64,000 nt of DNA from the human T2T-CHM13v2.0 reference genome, Homo sapiens, in assembly GCF_009914755.1 (NCBI RefSeq), contig NC_060936.1; one strand, given 5' to 3'. Both the position numbers and the translations under genes were made by a program. Positions 50,728 through 64,000 of this stretch are shown here, in pieces (the stretch's first letter is position 1; every line of letters begins with the position of its first letter). The notes under the pieces were generated by a model. That model was not told where the DNA came from and did not search any database. It saw nothing but the letters and a program-made list of their open reading frames with translations.

Positions 50728-53031
50728 TATATTAGTCTGCTTGTGTGCTGCTGATAGAGACATACCCAAGACTGGGCAACTTACAAAAGAAAGAAGTTTA
50801 ATGGACTTACAGTTCCACATTGGCTAGAGAAGCCTCACAATCTTGGTGGAGGGCAAGAAGGGGCAAGTCAGGTCTTACATAGATAGCAGTAGGCAAAGAG
50901 AAAGAACTTGTGCAGGGAAACTCCCACTTTTAAAACCATTAGATCTCATGAGACTTATTCACTATCAAAAAAACAGCATGGGAAAGACCCACCCACATGA
51001 TTCAGAGATCTCTCACCAGGTCCCTCCCACAACACATGGGAATTATGGAAGCCACAAGATAAGATTTGGGTGGGGACACAGAGCCAAACCATGTCATTCT
51101 TCCCCTGGCCCCTCCCAAATCTCATGTCTTCACATCTCAAAACCAATTGTGCCATACCAACAGTCCCTCAAAATCTTAACTCATTTCAGCATTAACTAAA
51201 AAATCTACATTCCAAAGTCTTGTCTAAGGTGAGGCAAGTCCCTTCTGCTTATAAGCCTGTAAAATCAATTCAAGTTAGTTACTTCCTAGATACAATGGAG
51301 GTACAGGCATTGCATAAATACAGCTGTTCCAAATGGGAGAAATTGGCCAAAACAAAGGAGTTACAGGACCCAGGCAAGTCTGAAATCCAGTGGGGCAATC
51401 AAATCTTAAAGCTCCAAAATGATCTCCTTTGACTCCATGTCTCACATATAGGTCATGCTGATGCAAGAAGTGGGTTCCCGTGGTCTTGGGCAGCTCTGCC
51501 CTTGTGGCTTTGCAGGGTATAGCCTCCCTCCTGGCTGCTTTCATGGGCTGGCATTGAGTGTCTGTGGCTTTTACAGGTGCATGGTGCAAGCTGTCAGTAG
51601 ATCTAGCATTCTGGGGTCTGGAGAACAGTGGCCCTCTTTTCACAGCTCCACAAAGCAGTGTCCCAGTAGGGACTATGTATGGGGGCTCTGACCCCACATC
51701 TCTTGCACTGCCCTAGCAGAAGTTCTCCATGAGGGCACCACCCCTGCAGCAGACTTCTGCCTAGGCATCCAGGCATTTCCATACATCTTCTAAAATCTAG
51801 GCAGAGGTCCCCAAACCCCAATTCTTGACTTCTGTGCCCTTGCAGGCTCAATACCACATGGAAGATGCCAAGGCTTGGGGCTTACACCCTCTGAAGCCAT
51901 GACTTCAGTTCTGTGTTGGCCTCTTTCAGCCATGGCTGGAGTGGCTGAGATGCAGGGCACAAAGTCCCTAGGCTGCACACAGGGACCCTGGGCCTGACCG
52001 ACAAAACCATGTTTTCCTCCTAGGCCTCCAGGCCTGTGATGGGAGGGGCTGCCATGAATACCTCTGACATGCCCTGGAGATATTTTCCCCGTTGTCTTGG
52101 GGATTAACATTTGGCTCCTCATTACGTATGCAAATACAGGCAGCAGACCTGAATTTCTTCTCAGAAAATGGGTTTTTCGTTTCTATCACTAGCCAGGCTG
52201 CAAATTTTCCAAACTTTTATGCTCTGTTTCACTTTTAAAACTGAATGCCTTTAACAGCACCGAAATCATCTTTTGAATACTTTGCTGCTTAGAAATTTCT
52301 TCTGCCAGATACCTTAAAACATCTCTCTCAAGTTCAAAGTTCCACAAATCTCTAGGACAGGGACAAAATGCCAACAGTCTTTGTGCTAAAACATGACAAG
52401 AGTCAGCTGTGCTCCAGATCCCAACAAGTTTCTCATCTCCATCTGTGATCATGTCAGCCTGGATTTCATTTTCCATATCATCATCATGATTTTGGTCAAA
52501 GTCATTAAACAAGTCTCTAGGGAGTTCCAAACTTTCCACAGTTTCCTGCCTCCTTCTGAGCCCTGCAAACTGTTGCAACCTCTGTCTATTACCCAGTTTC
52601 AAAGTTGCTTCCACATTTTCAGGTATCTTTTTAGCAGTGTTGCAATCTACTAGTACCAATTTACTGTATTAGTCTGTTTTCATGCTGCTAATAAAGATAT
52701 ACCCAAGATTTGGCAATTTACAAAAGAAAGGGGTTTAACGGACTTACTGTTCCACAGGGCTGGGGAAGCCTCACAATCTTGGCAGAAGGCAAGAAGGAGC
52801 AAGTCATGTCTTACATGGATGGCAATAGGCAAAGAGAGATAACTTGTGCAGGGAAATGCCCATTTTTAAAACCATCGAATCCCGTAAAATTTATTCACTG
52901 TCATGAAAAAAGCATGGGAAAACCCACTCCCATGATTCAGTTATCTCCCACCACATCACTTCCAGAACACATGGGAATTATGGGAGCTACAAGATAAGAT
53001 TTGGGTGAGGACACAGAGCTAAATCATACCA
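50728..53031 (-). mobile_element. Complete THE1B-like provirus (3' LTR 50728-51096, internal 51097-52664, 5' LTR 52665-53031)
   Basis: Two LTRs flanking a ~1.57-kb internal region; exact 5-bp TSD CTGGG at 50723-50727 and 53032-53036. Confidence 0.95.
51275..52659 (-). pseudogene. MaLR internal ORF remnant, broken across frames
   Basis: Fragments 52189-52659, 51968-52189, 51790-52122 and 51275-51697. Confidence 0.7.
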
Positions 53032-53155
53032 CTGGGCTTTCTTTGTTGAGAGGTTTCTGGTTACTATTTCAATTTCATCTTTTCTTGTTGGTCAGGCTTT
53101 CTATTTCTTCTTGATTTTGTTTAAGCAGGTTGTATGTTTTTAAGAATTTATTCCC

Positions 53156-54058
53156 GAGGAGCCAAGATGGCCGAATAGGAACAGCTCCGGTCTACAGCTC
53201 CCAGCATGAGCGACGCAGAAGACCAGTGATTTCTGCATTTCCATCTGAGGTACCGGGTTCATCTCACTAGGGAGTGCCAGACAGTGGGTGCATGTAAGTG
53301 GGTGCATGCACCGTGTGCGAGCCGAAGCAGGGCGAGGCATTGCCTCACTTGGGAAGCACAAGGAGTCAGGGAGTTCCCTTTCATAGTCAAAGAAAGGGGT
53401 GACAGACGGCACCTGGAAAATCGGGTCACTCCCACCCGAATACAGCGCTTTTCCAACAGGCTTAAAATACGGCGCACCAGGAGATTATATCCCGCACCTG
53501 GCTCAGAGGGTCCAACGTTCATGGAGTCTTGCTGATTGCTAGCACAGCAGTCTGAGATCAAACTGCAAGGCAGCAGCGAGGCTCGGGGAGGGGCACCCGC
53601 CATTGCTCAGGCTTGCTTAGGTAAACAAAGCAGCCGGGAAGCTCAAACTGAGTGAAACCCACCACAGCTCAAGGAGGCCTGCCTGCCTCTGTAGGCTCCA
53701 CCTCTGGGGGCAGGGCACAGACAAACAAAAAGACAACAGTAACCTCTGCAGACTTAATTGTCCCCGTCTGACAGCTTTGAAGAGAGCAGTGGTTCTCCCA
53801 GCACACAGCTGGAGATCTGAGAACGGGCAGACTACCTCCTCGAGTGGGTCCCTGACCCCTGACACCCAAGCAGCCTAACTGGGAGGCACCCCCCATCAGG
53901 GGCAGACTGACACCTCACATGGCCGGGTACTCCAACAGACCTGCAGCTGAGGGTCCTGTCTGTTAGAAGGAAAACTAACAAACAGAAAGGACATCCATAC
54001 CAAAAACCCATCTGTACATCACCATCATCAAAGACCAAAAGTAGATAAAACCACAAAG
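53156..54058 (+). promoter_or_regulatory. L1 5'UTR with internal sense and antisense promoters
   Basis: Intact YY1 site (CAAGATGGCC, ~53163) and RUNX3-region sequence TGCATTTCCATCTGAGGTA (~53234); partial CpG decay. Confidence 0.75.
53259..53603 (-). CDS. L1 ORF0, open 114-aa form; expression unknown
   Basis: MAGAPPRASLLPCSLISDCCASNQ matches the ORF0 N-terminus; ATG in strong Kozak context (GCAATGG). Confidence 0.6.
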   Translation of the reverse strand: MAGAPPRASLLPCSLISDCCASNQQDSMNVGPSEPGAGYNLLVRRILSLLEKRCIRVGVTRFSRCRLSPLSLTMKGNSLTPCASQVRQCLALLRLAHGACTHLHAPTVWHSLVR

Positions 54059-55074
54059 ATGGGGAAAAAACAGAGCAGAAAAACTGGAAACTCTAAAAAG
54101 CACAGCGCCTCTCCTCCTCCAAAGGAATGCAGTTCCTCACCAGCAATGGAACAAAGCTGGATGGAGAATGACTTTGACGAGCTGAGAGAAGAAGTCTTCA
54201 GATGATCAAATTACTCCGAGCTATGGGAGGACATTCAAACCAAAGGCAAAGAAGTTGAAAACCTTGAAAAAAATTTAGAAGAGTGTATAACTAGAATAGC
54301 AATACAGAGAAGTGCTTAAAGGAGCTGATGGAGCTGAAAACCAAGGCTCGAGAACTACGTGAAGAATGCAGAAGCCTCAGGAGCCAATGCGACCAACTGG
54401 AACAAAGGGTATCAGCAATGGAAGATGAAATGAATGAAATCAAGTGAGAAGGGAAGTTTAGAGAAAAAAGAATAAAAAGAAATGAGCAAAGCCTCCAAGA
54501 AATATAGGACTATGTGAAAAGACCAAATCTACGTCTGATTGGTGTACCTGAAAGTGATGGGGAGAATGGAACCAAGTTGGAAAACACTCTGAAGGATATT
54601 ATCGAGGAGAACTTCCCCAATCTAGCAAGGCAGGCCAACGTTCAGATTCAGGAAATACAGAGAACGCCACAAAGATACTCCTCGAGAAGAGCAACTCCAA
54701 GACACATAATTGTCAGATTCACCAAAGTTGAAATGAAGGAAAAAATGTTAAGGGCAGCCAGAGAGAAGGGTCGGGTTACCCTCAAAGGGAAGCCCATCAG
54801 ACTAACAGCGGATCTCTCGGCAGAAACTCTACAAGCCAGAAGAGGGTTGGGGCCAATATTCAACATTCTTAAAGAAAAGAATTTCCAACCCAGAATTTCA
54901 TATCCAGCCAAACTAAGCTTCATAAGTGAAGGAGAAATAAAATACTTTACAGACAAGCAAATGCTGAGAGATTTTGTGACCACCAGGCCTGCCCTAAAAG
55001 AGCTCCTGAAGGAAACACTAAACATGGAAAGGAACAACTGGTACCAGCCACTGCAAAATCATGCCAAAATGTAA
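54059..55074 (+). pseudogene. L1 ORF1, disrupted
   Basis: ATG at 54059; in-frame TGA at 54203-54205 (codon 49); frameshift near 54299; C-terminal part open 54514-55074. Confidence 0.93.
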
Positions 55075-55137
55075 AGACCATCGAGACTAGGAAGAAACTG
55101 CATCAACTAATGAGCAAAATAACCAGCTAACATCATA

Positions 55138-58960
<3,823 letters not shown>

Positions 58961-61004
58961 ACAATGAGAACACATGGACACAGGAAGGGGAACATCACAC
59001 TCTGGGGACTGTTGTGGGGTGGGGGAAGGGGGGAGGTATAGCATTGGGAGATATACCTAATGCTAGATGACGAATTAGTGGGTGCAGCACACCAGCATGG
59101 CACATGTATACATATGTAACTAACTTGCACATTGTGCACATGTATCCTAAAACTTAAAGTATAATAATAATAAATCAAAAAAAGAAAAAAACATTTTATT
59201 CCCTTAAGTTATCCAATTTGTTGGCATATAATTATTCATAACAATCTCTTATAATGCTTTTTATTTCTGAGTCATTTGATGCTATGCCTATTCTTCAGTT
59301 CTGATTTGCGTCTTTTTTTCTTAGTCTAGCTAAGAATTTGTCTATTTTCTTTAAATAAAACCAACTCTTAGTTTTGTTGATTTTTACTTGAGTTTTTCTA
59401 TTTGTTATTTGATTTATATCTGCTCTGATCTTTATATATTGCTTTGTTTTGCTAACTTTGAATTTAGTTTTTTTAACTAATTATGTGTGGTATAGAATAG
59501 GGTTGTTTGAGATATTTCTATTTTTCATGAAGGTGTTTATCTCTTCAAACTTCCTTGTTAATACTACTTTTGCAAATCCTTTACATTTTGAAAAGTTTTG
59601 TTTTCATACTTATTTGTCTCTAGCTATATTTTAAATTACATTTAGATGTCCTCTATGACCCTGTGGTTGTTCAAGAGTGTGTTTGTTAGTTTCCATGTAT
59701 TTGTGAATTCTTATATTTTCCTGCTGTTACTGATTTCTAGTTTCATTCCACTGTGGTCAGGAAGATACTGGGCATGATTTTGATCTTCCTAAAGTTGTTA
59801 AGATTTCTTTGTAATCTAACATGTAATCTCTCCTGTGTGCACCTGAGAAGAATGAGTATTCTTGTGCTGTTTGGTGAAAAGTTCTTTATCTGTTTGTTAG
59901 GTCCATTTGGTCTATAGCATGGTTCAAATTTTCTGTTTGTTTATTAATTTTTCCTGAGTGATCTATCAATTATTAACATTGAAATATTGAAATCTTTATT
60001 ATTTTATTGATTTTTCTTTTGGATCTGTAAATATTTGTTTTACTTATTTAGGTACTCTGATGTTGGGTGCATATATATTTACAATTATTTTACAATTATT
60101 ATACATATCTCCCTATTGAATTGATCCATTTATCATTACATTACAACCTTCCTTTTCTCTAGTAACAGTTTTTTTATTTGAAGTCTATTATGCCGGATGT
60201 AACTATACCACTCTTGTTTCTTTGATTGCCATTTGCATGGAGGTTTTTTTTTATCCTTTCATATTCAGCTAATGAGTATTCTTGAATCTATAGTGAGTTT
60301 CTTGTAGACAGCACACAGTTGAATCTTTTTTCATCTATCAACTCACTCTTCATTTAATTATAATTTTAGTATATTAATATTTTAAATTATTAGTAAGTAT
60401 GTACTATTGCCATTTTGTTAACTGTTTTCTATTTGTCTTACAGTTTTTTTCTCTTTCTGTCTTACTGTCTTCTTTTGTGTTTGAGTTTTTGTAGAGATTG
60501 GTTTTGATTCCTTTCTTTTTCTTATTTTATAACTCTTTTAGGTATTTTATTCCTGATTACCAAGGGGCTTACATAAAGTATCTTATAGTTATAATGGTCT
60601 ATTTTAAGCTGATAACTTAATTTCCCTGTATGCAAAAACCCCACTTTTATGTCCTGTCTTCTCACTTAATGTGACATTTATTTCACAATTTACATGTATT
60701 TGTGTTATGTATTCATTAACATAATTTAGTTATAGTGATTTTTAATACTTTTATCTTTTAATTTTTATAATAGAATAAAATCAATTTACTCATCACTATT
60801 ATAATAATACAAGATCCTGCTTTTTGTCTACATACTTACTTTTACTAGCAAGTTTTATACTATTTTATGCTTTTGTGTTGCTCCTTAGCGTCCTTTCATT
60901 TCAACATGAACTTTCTTTAGCGTTTCTTAAAAGTTAAGTCTAGTCTTGATAAACAGCCTCAGCTTTTGTAGGTCTAAAAACGTGTTTATCTCACTTTCAT
61001 TTTT

Positions 61005-63534
61005 TAGTTTGTTAATTGTATTTTCAAAAAAAATTTGGGGTACATGGTAGGTGTATATATTTATGGGGTAAATGAGATATTTTGGTGCAGACATGCAATG
61101 CATAATAATTACATCATAGAAAATTGGGTATCGTATCTATTCCCTCAAGCATTTATTTTTTGTGTTACAGACAATTCAATTATATTGTTTAGCTATTTTT
61201 AAAATGCATAATTAAATTATTATTGACTATGGTAACCCTGTTTTGCTGTCAAATAGATCTTATTTATTCTTTTTTTTTTGGATCCATTATCCAGTTTCTC
61301 CAGCATCACTTATGGAAAATATTGTCTTTTCCCCAATGTGTGTTCTTGGCATCTTTGTTGAAAATAAGTTCAATATAGGTGTGTGGATTTATTTCTGGGT
61401 TCTCTATTCTGTTCTATTGGTTCTATGTGTCAGTTTTTATGCGAGTACTATGCTGTTTCGGTTATATAGATCTCTTGTATAATTTGAAGACAGGAAATGT
61501 GATTCCTCTAGTTTTTTTTCTTTTAGCTCAGGATGGCTTTGACTATTATGTGTCTTTTGTAAATTCCATATGCATATTAGGATTGTTTTTTATATTTCTG
61601 TGAAGATGTCACTGGTATTTTTATAGGAATTGCATTAAATCTGTAGATTACTTTGGGTAGTATGACCATTTTAACAATATTTATTCTTCCAATCCATGAT
61701 CACAGAATATCTTTCCATTTTTTATTGTTCTCTTCAATTTTATTCTTCCATGTTTTAGAGTTTTCATCGTAGCTATTTCCATTTCTTTGGTTAATTCTGA
61801 GTTATTTAATTGTATGTGGATCTATTTTAAATGGAATTTTTAAAATTCTTTTTCAGCTTGCTGATGTTATGTAGAAATTCCACTGATTTTTGTATGTAGA
61901 CTTTGTATTCTCCAACTCTACTGAATTTATTTATCAGTTCTAATTGTTTTCCTGTGGAGTCTTTAGGTTTATTCAAATACAAGGTCATATCATCTGCAAA
62001 CAAGGATAATTTGACTTCTTCCTTTCGAATTGCACTGCCTTTTATTTCTTACTCTTCTCTGATTACTATAGCTAAGGTTTCCAGTAGTATGTTGAATGAC
62101 AGTGTTGCAAGTGGGCATCCTTGTCATGTTCCAGATCTATGAGCACAGGCTTTCTGTTTTCCCTATTCAGTATGATACTGCCTGTGGGTCTGTCATATAT
62201 GGCTTTTATTATGTTGAGGTATTGTTCTTTCTATAACCAATTTTTGAGAGTTTTTACTATAAAGGATAATTAACTTTATCAAATTTTTTGCAGCATAAAT
62301 TCAAATGATCACGATTTTGGTCCTTCATTATGTTGACATGATGTATCACATCGATTGATTTGTGTATGTTAAACCATCCTTGTTTTCCTAGAATAAATCC
62401 AACTTGGTCAAGATGAATTATCTTTTTAATGTATTGCTGAAATTGGTTTGCTTGTATTCTGTTGAGGATTTTTGCATCAATATTCATCAGAGATACTGGC
62501 CAGGAGTTTCCACTTTTTTTTTTTTTTGATGTGTCTTTATCTGGTTTTTGTATCAGGCTTCATAGAATGAGTTTGGAGGAATTCCCTCCTCCTCTATTTT
62601 TCAGAATAGTTTGATAATGATTAGTGTTAGTTCTATAAATATTTGGTAGAATTCAGCAATAAGGCCATTAGGTCCTGGGCTTTTGTCTACTGGGAGACTT
62701 CTTTTCACAGATTTGATCTTGCTACTTACTACTGGTCAGTTCAAATTTTGCATTTGTTTATGTTTCCATCTTTGTAGGTTGTATGCACCTAGAAATTTAT
62801 CCATTTCTTCCAGATTTTCCAATTTGTTGGCAGATAGCTATTCATAGTAGCCACTAATAGTCTTTTGAATTTCTGCTGTATGAGTTGTAGTGTCTCCTCT
62901 TTCATCTCTGTTTTTATCTATGTGGATCTTATCTCTTTTAGTTAGTCTGGCTGAAGGTTTGTCACTTCCTGTTGTCTTTTCAAAAAACGAACATTTTGTT
63001 TCACTGTTCTTCCATAATGTTTTCTTCATTTCAAATTCATTTAGTTGTATTCTAATTTTTATTATTTGTTTTCCTCTACTAACTTTGGGTTTGGTTTGCT
63101 CTTGGTTTTTTATTTCTCTAAGATGAATTATGACGTTACTTATTTGAACTTTCTCTTCTTTTTTCAAACAGGTACCTATAGCTACAAATTTCCCTCTTAG
63201 TACTGCTTTTGCTGTAACCTATAGTTTTGATATGTTGTGTTTTCATTAAAACTTATTTCAAGAAATTTGCCAATTCTCTTATTTTTTTATTGACCCACTG
63301 GTCATTCATTTTCATGTGTTTGTATATTTCCACAATTCCTCTTGTTATCATTTATCAATTTTATTCCACTGCGGTCAGAGAAGATGTTTGATATTATTTA
63401 AAACTTTTGAATGTTTTAAGACTTGTTTTGTGGCCTAACATATGGTCTATCCTTGAGAATAATCCCTGTGCTGAGAACAAAAAGTTGTATTCTGCAGCGA
63501 TTAGATGAAATTTTCCGTAAATATCAATTAGGTC
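61005..63534 (-). mobile_element. L1MA2/3-like element with an internal deletion near 61280
   Basis: 3'UTR tip 61005-61279 joined to ORF2 (fragments 62257-62487, 62838-63167). Confidence 0.8.
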
Positions 63535-63784
63535 TGATTTGCTTTGAATCTGTTTCCCAAACCAAATCTCATGTCAAATTTTAATCCCCAGTGTTGGAGA
63601 TGGAGGCTGCTGAGAGGCAATTGGGTCATAGGGGCAGTTTCTAATGGCTTAGCACCACCCCCCTAGTGGTGTCTCATGATAGAGTTCTCACAAGATCTGA
63701 TTGTTTGAAAGTGTGTAGCACCTCCACAATCCCCTTCCCCCTACTCTGGCCATGTAAGATTTGACTGCTTCTTCTTTGCCTTCC
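63535..63784 (+). mobile_element. MSTA/B-like LTR, 3'-truncated
   Basis: TGATTTGCTTTG...CCAAATCTCATG...CAGTGTTGGAG...GATCTGATTGTTTGAAAGTGTGTAGCACC. Confidence 0.85.
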
Positions 63785-64000
63785 AAATGGATAAATGTAC
63801 CCATTCCAAATGGAAGAAATTGGCCAAAATGAAGGGGCTACAGGCTTTGTCCTAGTCCAAAATCCAATGGGGTGGTCAAATCTTAAAGTTCCAAAATTAT
63901 CTCCATTGACTCACATCCAGGTCACACTAATGCAAGAGGTGGGTTCCCATGGTCTTGGGCAGCTCTGCCCCTGTGGCTTTGCGGGGTACAGCCTCCCTCC
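63785..64000 (-). mobile_element. MaLR (THE1/MST) internal region, 3' part, running off the window
   Basis: Same-strand homology to 51312-51531 of the minus-strand THE1B. Confidence 0.88.

Overview
AT-rich, very repeat-dense primate genomic DNA. It is probably human or another great ape, because the youngest L1 lacks the 129-bp 5'UTR segment lost within L1PA3. I find no supportable host gene, RNA gene, CRISPR array or prokaryotic system; almost every listed ORF is a fragment of, or antisense to, a transposon. Main contents: two full-length but mutated LINE-1s (L1PA7-like, minus, ~1888-8331; L1PA3/L1PA2-like, plus, 53156-59189); a complete THE1B provirus (50728-53031) and truncated THE1D, MSTC and MSTA proviruses; solo LTRs (MLT2A, LTR14, LTR16A, THE1B/C, MSTB, MER54-like, MLT1); two Alus; and many old L1M, L2, MIR and DNA-transposon fragments. 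The best lead is an intact 114-aa antisense ORF0 in the otherwise dead young L1, pointing into a same-strand THE1B provirus that offers poly(A) signals; this is a candidate transcription unit built entirely from transposons. Other leads are several rearrangement scars (an apparently chimeric L1, an insertion-associated deletion, a twin-primed insertion, an LTR/internal inversion, a templated-insertion scar) and a few motif clusters in non-repeat islands. Subfamily names come from my recall of consensus sequences, not from a database search, and boundaries of old elements are approximate.
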